DNA from: Congregibacter sp.
GTDB lineage: Bacteria > Pseudomonadota > Gammaproteobacteria > Pseudomonadales > Halieaceae
Reading direction: 5' to 3'
Assembly (NCBI RefSeq): GCF_965662665.1
Contig: NZ_CBFIIF010000012.1
Span: 3,098 to 67,097, forward strand
Length of the DNA: 64,000 bases
Shown: positions 31,524-41,310 of the stretch, piece by piece
Numbering within the stretch: the stretch's first letter is position 1
Layout: every line of letters begins with the position of its first letter
Translations under genes and position numbers: made by a program
Notes under the pieces: model-generated
The model's database searches: none
The model's input: the letters and a program-made list of their open reading frames with translations, nothing else
What the model was told of the DNA's origin: nothing

Positions 31524-32654
31524 TCAATCTCCAAACCAGGCGATATCGCGCTGGGTGGCCTCGCCCAGAGAAAGATCACTTGTCATAGCAGGCCAGAGAA
31601 TCTCCCAGGACATCGGCGTCATCAGTAAGAACGGCAGAGGGTCATGCCCCGCCCAGATGACATCCCGCGCCGCGAGCATCTCTTTAAAGCGTCGGACAAA
31701 TTCGCGAGGCTTGAAGATCGCCGCGTAGGTTTCGGTAAGCGTGGAGTACGCCCACTGAAAGCGCGTCTTTGAGGACAGCTCGATGCTCGAGGCACTTTCC
31801 GGGGAAAGCAATGCCTGACCCAAAGAGGCAAGGTCGAAAAAGTGCACGCCACTCGTCGCCCTTGGATTGCACTCAATCGCGCGAGCTATGCCGGACTCGT
31901 CGATAATAAAATCAAAGGCTAAAAACCCGCTGTAATCACTATCGCTCAAAAAGTCACTCACCCACTGCTGCGCTGCCGCAGCGTCATCCACGCGCTCAAA
32001 ACAGATGGCGACCGTCCCGGCAAATACGCGGCCTCGATAAAACACCGTCGCGACTTCCCGGCCCTCACTAACCACCGAGAGCGAACTGATTAAGTCGCCC
32101 TCTAAATGGGTTTGCACCAGGCCTTCTTCACTGCTTGACTGCAGCGACTCGCCGGCTTTGGCAAATCGCAAACCGATGCCGGAGCAGCTGTGCACGGGCT
32201 TTTCTACATAGTCACGGTTTTGAGCGAGCTCCCTGGCACCCGATTCATTGGCGGTGAAGGTTTCAGGGACCGGCAATCCCTTGCGCGCCGCCAGGGCAAT
32301 GAAGTCGCGCTTGTGATGCAGCTCCGCCAGTTGAGCCAAAGGAGCAGCCCAAAGCCGTGTCCTCGCCGGCAGCTTGTCGGCGAGCTGGGCCACGTGCAGA
32401 GCCTCTTCCGAAATAGGAATAACCAGATCCACCGACTCTTGCTCGACAATATTTAGCAAGTCTTGAAGGTATTGGGATAGTGAATCGTTGGGCGCTGTGA
32501 CCCGAAAAGACTTTTCAACGTCCCGCGAGGGTTTGCAGACATGCCACCGGAACGGATCCGCAACCAGCACACGACAGCCCGCCGCTCGGCAGGCTCGAAC
32601 GATTGCCAGCGCTTTGGGCAAGCGTCCCAGCGTCAGTAGAACGGTCGTCATCAA
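31524..32654 (-). CDS. ATP-grasp fold protein (putative amide ligase)
   Basis: N-terminal VLLTLGRLPKALAIVR, DLVIPISEE, LHHKRDF, KPVHSCSG, AFDFI, IECNPRATSG. Confidence 0.85.
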   Translation of the reverse strand: MMTTVLLTLGRLPKALAIVRACRAAGCRVLVADPFRWHVCKPSRDVEKSFRVTAPNDSLSQYLQDLLNIVEQESVDLVIPISEEALHVAQLADKLPARTRLWAAPLAQLAELHHKRDFIALAARKGLPVPETFTANESGARELAQNRDYVEKPVHSCSGIGLRFAKAGESLQSSSEEGLVQTHLEGDLISSLSVVSEGREVATVFYRGRVFAGTVAICFERVDDAAAAQQWVSDFLSDSDYSGFLAFDFIIDESGIARAIECNPRATSGVHFFDLASLGQALLSPESASSIELSSKTRFQWAYSTLTETYAAIFKPREFVRRFKEMLAARDVIWAGHDPLPFLLMTPMSWEILWPAMTSDLSLGEATQRDIAWFGD

Positions 32655-32662
32655 CGGATATC

Positions 32663-32681
32663 AATTAGCATTAAGCTAATT
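32663..32681. promoter_or_regulatory. Palindromic operator-like site AATTAGC-N5-GCTAATT
   Basis: Perfect 7-bp AT-rich inverted repeat about 10 nt upstream of the ATP-grasp start. Confidence 0.5.
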
Positions 32682-32800
32682 TCATGCTTACGCCAATGGA
32701 TGTCAATTTTCTTTGACCCCAAGGGCCGCGTAGCCGCGCACTTAAGGAACACAGTGAATCCTGAATCGCGTAAAATCGGCGTTTTGCCGGCTACCACCTC

Positions 32801-33274
32801 ATGAGTGACAAACTCAGCAAACCTGATCGCGCCCTACTCCAACAGTGGCTCACAGAAGCCCGAGTCGAGTACAGCGAGTGCGGCGAATGCCAGGGCCTCC
32901 ATTTGGCGGCACTGAAGAGCATCGAAGGTGTTATCGACAGTCGCTTGTTCCTGGAGCGCTATGGATTACTGCTTACGACGGAACTGGAGATACGGCCCAT
33001 GGCATTGCTGCCCATGGCTGCTGATCTCGGCCGTATCAATATGGACTACCCTATCCTCAAGATATTTTTGGATGTCGTAGATGACGCGACACCCCAACTG
33101 GTGATTGCGGGCGTGCTGCAAGCTCAGGCGGGCCTGACACTGGAACAAACGGCACAATTTCTATCGAGCTGTATGGATGCCACGCGGCAACTTGCGGCCG
33201 AGTGCCTTCAACTCGACTACCTGTTTGCCGAGGGAGAGGGACGACCAAACACCGCCAAGAAATCACTGCACTAA
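32801..33274 (+). CDS. YbjN-domain protein
   Basis: ECGECQGLHL, E..IRPMALLP..ADLGRIN...LK.FLD..DD: YbjN-like pattern. Confidence 0.75.
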   Translation: MSDKLSKPDRALLQQWLTEARVEYSECGECQGLHLAALKSIEGVIDSRLFLERYGLLLTTELEIRPMALLPMAADLGRINMDYPILKIFLDVVDDATPQLVIAGVLQAQAGLTLEQTAQFLSSCMDATRQLAAECLQLDYLFAEGEGRPNTAKKSLH

Positions 33275-33345
33275 CGACCGTTATGGCCTTGCTTCCCTGG
33301 CTGATCAGCAGCATCGGTGCTCCAGCGGTTTTTATTGCCTGACAG

Positions 33346-33372
33346 AAAAAAGGGCGCCCAAGGGCGCCCTTT
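33346..33372 (-). terminator. Intrinsic terminator after the HiPIP gene
   Basis: aaagggcgccc/gggcgcccttt stem with T6 on the minus strand. Confidence 0.8.
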
Positions 33373-33389
33373 ACTGAATCACTTCAGGA

Positions 33390-34007
33390 TCAACCGGCTG
33401 CAGAATAAGCGCTGCACCATCCCGTCGCTTTCACCTGATTGCCGGTGAAGAGCGGACATCCACCCCAGTCGTTGTCGCCGCCTTGAAACAACACACAGTT
33501 CGAGCATTGCTGTCCGGCGCTATAGCGAGCGTTTTCGACGGTAGTGGCATCATGCCGGTATCCCAAACCTGCTGCCTGGGGCCCGTTTTCGTCAAGCTGC
33601 GCCATGGCGTCCGTCGCTATAGTCGCACTCTCAGTGGCCGCTTCTTGCATGCTCTCCGCCGCATCGTCAGCCATTGCCTCTGCCGTGTCCGAGGCCTCTT
33701 CCATGGCTTCTTCAGCACTGTCCGCTGCACTCTTCCCTACACTCTCCAAAGCGTCCTCGGCACCGTCCATTGCCGACTCGGCCATCGCTTCGGCTTCTTT
33801 CGCCATATCTTTCATGGCAGGCTCGGCCTTATCCATGACCGGTGCAGCGGGCGTCGCACTCTCATCGCTGCCACAGGCCTGCAGACCCAGGATCGGCAAA
33901 GCCACCGCCGTCATACCCATCATCTCCAATACTCTTCGACGGCCGGGTAAGGTTCCTTCAGCACCACTTTGTTGCTCAATCTGCTGCTCTGTGCGTTGCT
34001 CTTTCAT
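33390..34007 (-). CDS. High-potential iron-sulfur protein (HiPIP), Tat-exported lipoprotein with a long acidic linker
   Basis: GRRRVL Tat motif, LQAC lipobox, and C-terminal CSNC..F...GGCPLF...V..TGWCSAY four-Cys HiPIP signature. AGGAG RBS before the ATG at 34007. Confidence 0.9.
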   Translation of the reverse strand: MKEQRTEQQIEQQSGAEGTLPGRRRVLEMMGMTAVALPILGLQACGSDESATPAAPVMDKAEPAMKDMAKEAEAMAESAMDGAEDALESVGKSAADSAEEAMEEASDTAEAMADDAAESMQEAATESATIATDAMAQLDENGPQAAGLGYRHDATTVENARYSAGQQCSNCVLFQGGDNDWGGCPLFTGNQVKATGWCSAYSAAG

Positions 34008-34208
34008 GGTGGTTGCTCCTCTGCTTGAGAAATTTATCCGCAACTTTGCATCATCCCGCTCGTCGCTTCATGTCACACTACCGCTATTGGACTCATAGGT
34101 ACAAACTTGCTGCCTCAAATGAGTATGGCTTACTTTGCGACTTTTGCGCGGTAGATGCTTAAACATTGCGCCCATTCTTGACTGCCCAGATCACTCGTTG
34201 ACTCTTCG

Positions 34209-36728
34209 TTGAAACAGACCCCTAACTTGCCGATTAGCGAAATCCTTGGGGATATTCGCAATCATCTGAGCCACGAGCACAACCTTGTTCTCGAAGCGCC
34301 CACCGGCGCGGGTAAAACAACCATCGTGCCTCTTGCCCTGCTCGATGAGCCGTGGCTGCACAATCGCAAAATCATCATGCTCCAACCCCGACGTCTCGCC
34401 GCTAAAAACGCGGCGCTGCGTATGTCAGCAATTATGGATGAACCCATCGGTGGCACCGTCGGCTATCGAATGCGTCTGGACACCAAGATCACCGCTGCGA
34501 CGCGCATCGAAGTGGTTACCGAAGGCATTCTTCTCGCGATGCTCCGAGAGGATCCGTCCTTGAGTGACGTCGGGCTCCTGATCTTTGACGAGTTTCACGA
34601 ACGCTCGCTGGATGCTGACCTGGGGCTCACCTTGGCGCTTAGCGCACGCGCAACCTTCGAGCAAAGCACGCCCCTGCGCATCATGCTGATGTCCGCAACT
34701 CTGGGAACCGCAGAACTCGAAAGCTTGTTGCAAACTCAGGCGATACGCAGCGAAGGCAGATTGTTTCCGGTCTCGGAACAGTATGCCGGAGCCAGCAAAC
34801 CCAGAGAGCGCATCGCTGAGCGAGTGAGCTCCGTTGTTCACAAAGCACTGTCGGAAAACCCCGACAGTAGTCTGCTGGTCTTCTTACCCGGGCAGGGTGA
34901 AATTCGTCAGCTCAAGGATCAGCTGGAGCTACCGTCAAGCGTCAGTGTCCACCCCCTCTATGGTGAGCTGAGCATTCAGGAACAACAGCGGGCGATCGAA
35001 CCTAGCCCTGCGGGAGAACGCAAAGTCGTACTGGCAACGAATATCGCCGAAACCAGTCTCACTATCGATGGCGTCGATGTCGTTATCGACTCAGGACTCG
35101 AGCGCAAACCACAGTTTGATCCCAATACGGGAATGAGCCGATTGGCTACGGTAAAAATATCCCAGGCTTCCAGCGTCCAACGCAAAGGGCGGGCAGGCAG
35201 ACTGCGTCCGGGCACTTGCTACCGACTGTGGACAGAGTCGCAGCAACAACTGCTGAACGCGCAGGACGATCCCGAAATTCTCAGCGCCGACCTCACGGCG
35301 TTAGCGCTGCAGCTTTTTGCCTTTGGCGTTTACGATCCGCAAGAGCTCGTCTGGCTTACCGCACCACCGGTAGGGCCCTATCAACAGGCGGTCGCGCTGC
35401 TTCTGGAACTCGCGGCCATTCGCCACACCGATTCTGGCCTTCGCCTGACACCCCACGGCGCTGCCATGGCAAAAATCGCGGCGCATCCCCGTCTGGCCCA
35501 CATGCTCATCATGGGCCAATCTGTGGGAGCTGTGGAAACCGCTGCAAAACTTGCTGCGGTGTTGTCTGATCGTGACCCCGTGAGTCGCGAGTCCGTCGAC
35601 ATGCGAACACGGCTGGAGTATCTCAGCGACGAAGTCCCCTGCCCCAGCGCATTTCGTGGCTGGCAAAAAAGAACCCTGCAACTAGCCAGGCAGTTCTCAC
35701 GGCAGGCCCCTCGAGATGTACCTGCTCGCGTACCGCGACCCAAGCCGGATCAGCTCTGTGGCTTTTTGCTTGCCAGTGCCTACCCGGATCGCATTGCACG
35801 TCAGCGTCATTCTGGCGGCTATCAACTCGCCAATGGTCGCAGTTGCCAGTTTGATTCACCCAAGGCGCTGGGCGGTTCCAAGTGGCTGGCAGTCGCCGAA
35901 GTCGGCGGCATGTCCGGGCGTAAAGGCGACATGATTCGCTCGGCAGCACCGCTGGATCCCGCGCTGTTTGATACGCTGCTACAAGAGCAGCTGTCAGAAG
36001 AGACTCTCGTAGACTGGGATAGCAAAAGCGGACGATTCATCGCAGAGCGCCAAGTCAAGGTGGGCGCCTTGTCACTGCATCGAGAGCGACTCACTGATGT
36101 TTCCGACGAAGCGCGTACCGAAAAGCTGATCCGGCTTACCCGGGACGCCGGGTTAGCTAATCTGCCGTGGTCCGAGCAATCCAATGCACTCCTTAGCAAA
36201 GTCCGGCTGATGTCGCAGTTAGAGTCTGGCTGGCCAGCGCTTGATATACCCGAACTCACAAAAACTCTCGACCATTGGCTCGCTCCGTACCTGCTTACGG
36301 TAAAGAAGCTGTCGGACCTAAAAAACATCGACCTGTTCTCTGCACTGCAGTCGCAACTTTCCTGGGACCAACAACAGAGACTGAAAACAGAACTGCCGGA
36401 GCGTTTCGCGGTGCCGTCAGGCTCGCAGATAAAAATAAACTACGGCGAAGACCCGCCCACGCTGCCGGTGAAGCTGCAGGAGATGTTTGGCTGCCAACAA
36501 ACGCCCAGTGTTGCTTCCGGACGCATAGCACTCGTTGTGCACTTGCTCTCGCCGGCGGGGCGACCACTGCAGATCACACAGGATCTTCCAGGTTTCTGGC
36601 AAAGCAGCTACGAGGCCGTAAAAAAGGAAATGCGAGGGCGTTACCCAAAACATCCCTGGCCCGACGACCCCGCCAATGCGGAACCAACGCGGTACACCAA
36701 ACATCGCAAAACTCCGAAGAAGCTCTAA
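34209..36728 (+). CDS. hrpB: ATP-dependent helicase HrpB
   Basis: APTGAGKTT, DEFHER, MSATL, TNIAETSLT, QRKGRAGR, and the HrpB C-terminus LLSPAGRPLQIT...GRYPKHPWP. Confidence 0.96.
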   Translation: MKQTPNLPISEILGDIRNHLSHEHNLVLEAPTGAGKTTIVPLALLDEPWLHNRKIIMLQPRRLAAKNAALRMSAIMDEPIGGTVGYRMRLDTKITAATRIEVVTEGILLAMLREDPSLSDVGLLIFDEFHERSLDADLGLTLALSARATFEQSTPLRIMLMSATLGTAELESLLQTQAIRSEGRLFPVSEQYAGASKPRERIAERVSSVVHKALSENPDSSLLVFLPGQGEIRQLKDQLELPSSVSVHPLYGELSIQEQQRAIEPSPAGERKVVLATNIAETSLTIDGVDVVIDSGLERKPQFDPNTGMSRLATVKISQASSVQRKGRAGRLRPGTCYRLWTESQQQLLNAQDDPEILSADLTALALQLFAFGVYDPQELVWLTAPPVGPYQQAVALLLELAAIRHTDSGLRLTPHGAAMAKIAAHPRLAHMLIMGQSVGAVETAAKLAAVLSDRDPVSRESVDMRTRLEYLSDEVPCPSAFRGWQKRTLQLARQFSRQAPRDVPARVPRPKPDQLCGFLLASAYPDRIARQRHSGGYQLANGRSCQFDSPKALGGSKWLAVAEVGGMSGRKGDMIRSAAPLDPALFDTLLQEQLSEETLVDWDSKSGRFIAERQVKVGALSLHRERLTDVSDEARTEKLIRLTRDAGLANLPWSEQSNALLSKVRLMSQLESGWPALDIPELTKTLDHWLAPYLLTVKKLSDLKNIDLFSALQSQLSWDQQQRLKTELPERFAVPSGSQIKINYGEDPPTLPVKLQEMFGCQQTPSVASGRIALVVHLLSPAGRPLQITQDLPGFWQSSYEAVKKEMRGRYPKHPWPDDPANAEPTRYTKHRKTPKKL

Positions 36729-36805
36729 GACTCGCAAACCCCGTTCTGAGTGGCTAGGCTAGGAGTCAACGCTGAATTCACCTAAGCTGTTTTAGAACTC
36801 TCGCC

Positions 36806-37252
36806 ATGAAACAAAAGTCACTGCCACTAGTTATCGTACTCGCCTTAGTCACCTGGCTGTGGAACGAGTATGGCGCCCAAACGTTTTCGTCGACTAACTC
36901 CTCGACAGCGGTGGCCAGCAGCGACAGCGTCCTCGAAGCTGCATTTCAGAACCGTCAAAGCGATTTGCAGGTGCGTGGAAGCGGCACCGTAATACACGTT
37001 CTCCCCGACGACACTAAAGGGAGTCAACATCAGCGCTTTCTGCTAGAGCTGGACTCAGGTCTCACTCTGTTGGTCGCACACAATATCGATCTGGCACCCC
37101 GCATCCCCCAACTCAGAAAAGGCGATCGTGTTGGCTTTAATGGTGAATACGAGTGGACCGAAAAAGGCGGAGTGATGCATTGGACGCACCACGACCCTGG
37201 TGGCAGGCACGAAGATGGTTGGCTGGAACGCGCTGGCAAGCGCTACGACTAG
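36806..37252 (+). CDS. DUF3465-like exported OB-fold protein
   Basis: LPDD.KGSQHQRF, AHNIDLAPRI, GEYEW, HWTHHDP. Confidence 0.8.
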   Translation: MKQKSLPLVIVLALVTWLWNEYGAQTFSSTNSSTAVASSDSVLEAAFQNRQSDLQVRGSGTVIHVLPDDTKGSQHQRFLLELDSGLTLLVAHNIDLAPRIPQLRKGDRVGFNGEYEWTEKGGVMHWTHHDPGGRHEDGWLERAGKRYD

Positions 37253-37320
37253 AATTCAAAGCCCCTACCGCTGCATGAAGACCTCGACCATTCTTTTAAG
37301 CAACAGAGGAACACCGAACT

Positions 37321-38177
37321 GTGACAACTGAAATTCTTAAAGGCCAGGTAGCCCTGGTAACCGGTGGCGGCCGTGGCATTGGTAAGGTCATCGCTGAAGC
37401 ATTCGCAGCGCAAGGTGCAGCCGTTGCAGTACTCGGGCGATCGCTAAACTCCCTTGAGCAAACGGTAGAGAAAATCACCGCGGCTGGCGGAGTAGCCATG
37501 GCCAGGTCATGCGATGTAGCCAACGCCGGGGACATCGCCCATGCCTTAGCAGAGATTAAGGATGCCTATGGCCCACCCAACATCTTGATCAACAATGCGG
37601 GTATAGGTGGCGCATCAGGGCCTCTATGGCAGTGTGACCCGGACGAATGGTGGTCTGTGATGGAAGTCAATCTTAAGGGGCCATTCCTGATGATGCATGC
37701 TGTGCTGCAAGATATGGTGACTGCGGGTCGCGGTTGCGTCATTAATGTGGGGTCCTATGTCGGTGTTAACCCCACAGGATGGGCTTCTGCGTATTCAACA
37801 TCCAAGGCCGCACTCATGCGATTGTCGGACTGTACAGCAGACAGTCTCGGCGATTCAGGCGTTTCTGTTTTCACCATCAGTCCGGGGTTTGTTTGGACGG
37901 ACATGACCAAGGAGCTGGACTCAAAAATTCGGGAGTCTGATCCTGAATACAATTCGGGAGTCTGATCCTGAATACGAAGGCGGATGAAGCCTGGATTTTT
38001 CCCGCAGAAGATGCCGCAAAACTATGCCTTCGTCTCGCCGGGGGAGACGCCGACCGGCTGAGCGGCCGCATGATTCACGTGCGCGATGATCTGGACGCGC
38101 TCATTGAACGCGCCGATGAGATCATCGACCAAGACGGTTACGCACTGCGACTTACTATGGCGCTGGATGACCTTTAG
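37321..38177 (+). pseudogene. Frameshifted SDR oxidoreductase
   Basis: SDR motifs (TGGGRGIG, NNAG, YSTSK) end at a premature TGA at 37965 caused by a 25-bp duplication. The C-terminus (DEAWIFPAEDAAKLCLRLAGGDADRLSGRMIH...DDL*) continues in another frame at 37983-38177. Confidence 0.8.
37926..37975. repeat. Perfect 25-bp tandem duplication
   Basis: aattcgggagtctgatcctgaatac occurs twice. Confidence 0.97.
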
Positions 38178-38229
38178 CCAACCCTCTCGCTAACGTCGCA
38201 GCCCTACGCAAAAGCGATGCTATCGAGGT

Positions 38230-38595
38230 TTAAACACCCATTTTCATGGCTAAGTGTTTGATCAACTCGCCCATTTGATCACTGGGACTAAACTCCACCG
38301 ATTCATAGTCCTCATCAACGCTCACCGTGTGGCCCGGGGGCCAGTAGTAGACCTCACCCGCGTGCACTGTCTCTTCCTGACCATCAGCGTAGCGCACATT
38401 GATAGAGCCTTTGAGCACTGTTCCCCAGTGGGGGCACTGACACATATCACCGGGTAAGCCTTCGAGCAGCGGCGTGGCATCGGCGCCCTTCGGGAATCGT
38501 ATGCGGGCGACGTTAAAGCCTCCCCAATCCTCAGCCTGAATACACACACCTCCGGCATCGAGGCACGTGGGAAGCTCTTCTCTAACCGTTTTCAT
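38230..38595 (-). CDS. Cupin-fold protein
   Basis: CQCPHWG.VLKG...AGEVYYWPPGH cupin motifs. Confidence 0.8.
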   Translation of the reverse strand: MKTVREELPTCLDAGGVCIQAEDWGGFNVARIRFPKGADATPLLEGLPGDMCQCPHWGTVLKGSINVRYADGQEETVHAGEVYYWPPGHTVSVDEDYESVEFSPSDQMGELIKHLAMKMGV

Positions 38596-38683
38596 AGCCC
38601 TCTCTTGTTAACCTTATTATCGAGACTGCCGCGACGCGGCACATAACTGCCTATCAACAAGTTAGTACATTAGCGGGCAAAGT

Positions 38684-39607
38684 CTAACTCTGCGTCGCAA
38701 AGGACTCCAAGGCAGCGCGGGCTATGGGCTCGCCCCACTCCTGCACAAAGTGTCCGCCGCCCTCAATCATCATTGCGGGGGGACAGCCGTTAATCAAAGC
38801 GCGCAAACTCTCCATCACCGCCGGCCCGAGCACAGGATCAGCATCACCCACGGCCATAAAACTCTTACCTGTCCATTCCTTGGACCAGAACTGAGCCGCC
38901 TCCAGGCTTACCTCGACACCCTCCATATCCGGAGAGACCGGCACCAATGCCGGAAACATCTGCGCTCCTGCCTTGTACTCGGGTCCCGGAAACGGCGCGT
39001 CGTAGGCCGCTATCTCTGCGTCGGTCAAATGGGGCGTGCCTCGCGCAATAAGCTCCCCTATGGGTAAGTCCGGGGTACTCAGCGCATAGTTCTTCCAGGC
39101 GAGGAATCCATCGCTGGGCGACTTGCCCACGCCCAAACCGGTGTTCATCACCAGCAGCCGCGACAGGCGAGGTTTAAAGTTGGCATCTACTGGTAGGGTC
39201 AGACCCAGAAGACCGCCCCAATCCTGCACAACCAGTGTGATGTTACGAAGATCGAGTCGCTCTACCAGTGCCAATAAATAATCGCGATGAAAATTAAACG
39301 TATAGTCGGATTGTTCTATGGGCTTATCGGATCGACCAAAGCCCAGTAGGTCTGGCGCGATCACTCGTGCGCCGGACTCCAAAAACACAGGCATCATTCG
39401 TCGATACAAATACGACCAACTCGGTTCACCGTGCAGACAGAGAAACACCTCATCTGCATCCGAGGGTCCGGCATCTATCCACGCGATGCGCAAACCCTCG
39501 TAGCCCGGCAGATCGTCTGCATAGGAAACGGGATAATCAAAATCAGGAATGCTCGCAAAACGCTCGTCGGGCGTGCGTAGGGCTTTGATGGATTTTGTTT
39601 GTGACAT
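38684..39607 (-). CDS. Haloalkane dehalogenase (DhlA-like)
   Basis: LRTPDERF, HGEPSWSYLYR, GFGRSDKP, nucleophile VQDWGG, GHFVQE. Confidence 0.9.
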   Translation of the reverse strand: MSQTKSIKALRTPDERFASIPDFDYPVSYADDLPGYEGLRIAWIDAGPSDADEVFLCLHGEPSWSYLYRRMMPVFLESGARVIAPDLLGFGRSDKPIEQSDYTFNFHRDYLLALVERLDLRNITLVVQDWGGLLGLTLPVDANFKPRLSRLLVMNTGLGVGKSPSDGFLAWKNYALSTPDLPIGELIARGTPHLTDAEIAAYDAPFPGPEYKAGAQMFPALVPVSPDMEGVEVSLEAAQFWSKEWTGKSFMAVGDADPVLGPAVMESLRALINGCPPAMMIEGGGHFVQEWGEPIARAALESFATQS

Positions 39608-39838
39608 AAGTGACCCTTCTTAGTTGTATTAGCTCAATCACAGCAAACAGATCGATTCCTACTATAGACCACCTGGCATTTTGTGCCGCGAGCGAATTGC
39701 TAGCAATCGCGAGGGGACAGAAGATCTTGGGAGCACTTTCTTGTGCCTCGCTGTCTTGAGAGCCGGTATGGCCTCTGGCCTTACGCTGTGGCTTAGGCTA
39801 GCGTTACGGCTGACTCTTCGAATACAGGAAACGTCGAG

Positions 39839-41284
39839 ATGATCAAAGCAAGACTGCGCTACATTGCTACCGCACTGCTAATCACTACATCATCTGCGGG
39901 TATTGCCGCGGACAAGGATGCACTTAAAGCTCAAATCATTAGCTCTGTAGATCGCCAGGCAGGTTCGCTCACCGCTCTCAGTGACGAGATCTGGGGGCAT
40001 GCCGAGATCGCCTTTAAGGAGACTCAGTCAGCCGCTGCGCTCATCAAACATGCAGAGGAGCATGGTTTTCGCGTGGAAACCGGCATTGGAGAAATTCCCA
40101 CGGCGTTTGTCGCTGAGTTTGGCAGCGGCAAACCGGTGATCGGGATCATGGGAGAGTTCGACGCCCTCCCCGGTTTGTCCCAGGCATCGGTGCCTACCCG
40201 CTCGCCGCTTGTTGAAGGTGCTCCCGGGCACGGCTGTGGTCACAATGTTTTTGGTGCTGCGTCGCTGGGCGCCGCCATCGCGGTAAAGGAGCAGATTGAG
40301 GCTGGCGAGATTTCCGGCACGATTCGTTACTACGGCACACCCGCCGAAGAGAAATTCTTTGGCAAGCTCTGGATGATCCGCGCCGGTGCCTTCGATGGCG
40401 TTGACGTCATGATGGACTGGCATCCGGGAGACAACATCGAAGCGAGCGCACAGAGTACACAGTCTCTGGTGGACTTTTTGGTGGAGTTTGACGGTCAGTC
40501 AGCACACGCGGCGGGGGACCCATGGAATGGCCGCTCCGCTAGCGATGCTCTTGAGCTCTACGCCCACGGCATCAATGCCTATCGCGAGCATATCGAGCCT
40601 ACCGTGCGGATTCACTATCACATCATGGACGCGGGCAAGGTCGTGAACGTAGTACCGGACTATTCCAAGATATGGGTGCGGGTGAGAGATCGCAGCCGCG
40701 AAGGAATGACGCCGGTGTATGAGCGAGTCAAAGAGATGGCCGAGGGTGCCGCAATCCTCGCCGACGTTGGTTACAAGGTGACGCTGATTTCGGGCGTGCA
40801 CGAAATACTCGTGAATCGCACGGGTGGTGCCACACTCCAAGCGAACCTCGAAACACTCGGCTCCATTAGCTACACGGCGGAAGAAGAGCGCTATGCCAAG
40901 GCAATTCAGGAGGCCACAGAAAAACCCCAGGTGGGAATGGACGCAGAAGTAAAACCTTTTAGAGAGACCGAGAAAAACCCGCCAGGAGGATCCACTGACG
41001 TCGGCGACGTCAGCTTTGTGGTGCCCACGATCAGCCTCAGCGCACCCATTGCTCCCAAAGATGTGCCCTGGCATTCCTGGGCGGTGGTTGCGACAGGCGG
41101 CATGTCCATTGGCCACAAAGGTCTCGTATATGCCTCAAAGGCGCTGGCAATGACTATGATCGATCTTTACGAAGATCCCGATCTCATTGAGGCCATCAAG
41201 GAAGAGTTTAAAGAACGCAAAGGCGACTATGAGTACGAGGGCATCTTGCCGCCAGGCCCTCCGCCGCTGGATTTTAAACAGTAA
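39839..41284 (+). CDS. M20 amidohydrolase (AbgB-like) with signal peptide
   Basis: EFDALPG, GHGCGHN, GTPAEE, GGSTDVGDVS, HSW; N-terminal Sec signal. Confidence 0.88.
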   Translation: MIKARLRYIATALLITTSSAGIAADKDALKAQIISSVDRQAGSLTALSDEIWGHAEIAFKETQSAAALIKHAEEHGFRVETGIGEIPTAFVAEFGSGKPVIGIMGEFDALPGLSQASVPTRSPLVEGAPGHGCGHNVFGAASLGAAIAVKEQIEAGEISGTIRYYGTPAEEKFFGKLWMIRAGAFDGVDVMMDWHPGDNIEASAQSTQSLVDFLVEFDGQSAHAAGDPWNGRSASDALELYAHGINAYREHIEPTVRIHYHIMDAGKVVNVVPDYSKIWVRVRDRSREGMTPVYERVKEMAEGAAILADVGYKVTLISGVHEILVNRTGGATLQANLETLGSISYTAEEERYAKAIQEATEKPQVGMDAEVKPFRETEKNPPGGSTDVGDVSFVVPTISLSAPIAPKDVPWHSWAVVATGGMSIGHKGLVYASKALAMTMIDLYEDPDLIEAIKEEFKERKGDYEYEGILPPGPPPLDFKQ

Positions 41285-41310
41285 GCGCTATTCCGAGTCC
41301 GGAAATCTGA

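Noticed and set aside
30049-31527. 492-aa ORF antisense to the P450
   Set aside because: It has no recognisable motifs and mirrors a gene with full P450 signatures, so it is a shadow ORF.
31524-32654. Mycosporine-like amino acid biosynthetic cluster
   Set aside because: No sugar-phosphate cyclase, O-methyltransferase or MysD/MysE gene is nearby.
33483-34098. Plus-strand ORFs over the HiPIP gene
   Set aside because: These are antisense read-outs of the low-complexity linker.
37926-37975. Insertion-sequence target duplication or CRISPR repeat
   Set aside because: The copies are directly adjacent, with no intervening element, spacer or transposase.
39696-39707. 12-bp palindrome ATTGCTAGCAAT in a divergent intergenic region
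   Set aside because: Short enough to arise by chance, with no regulator gene or second copy seen.
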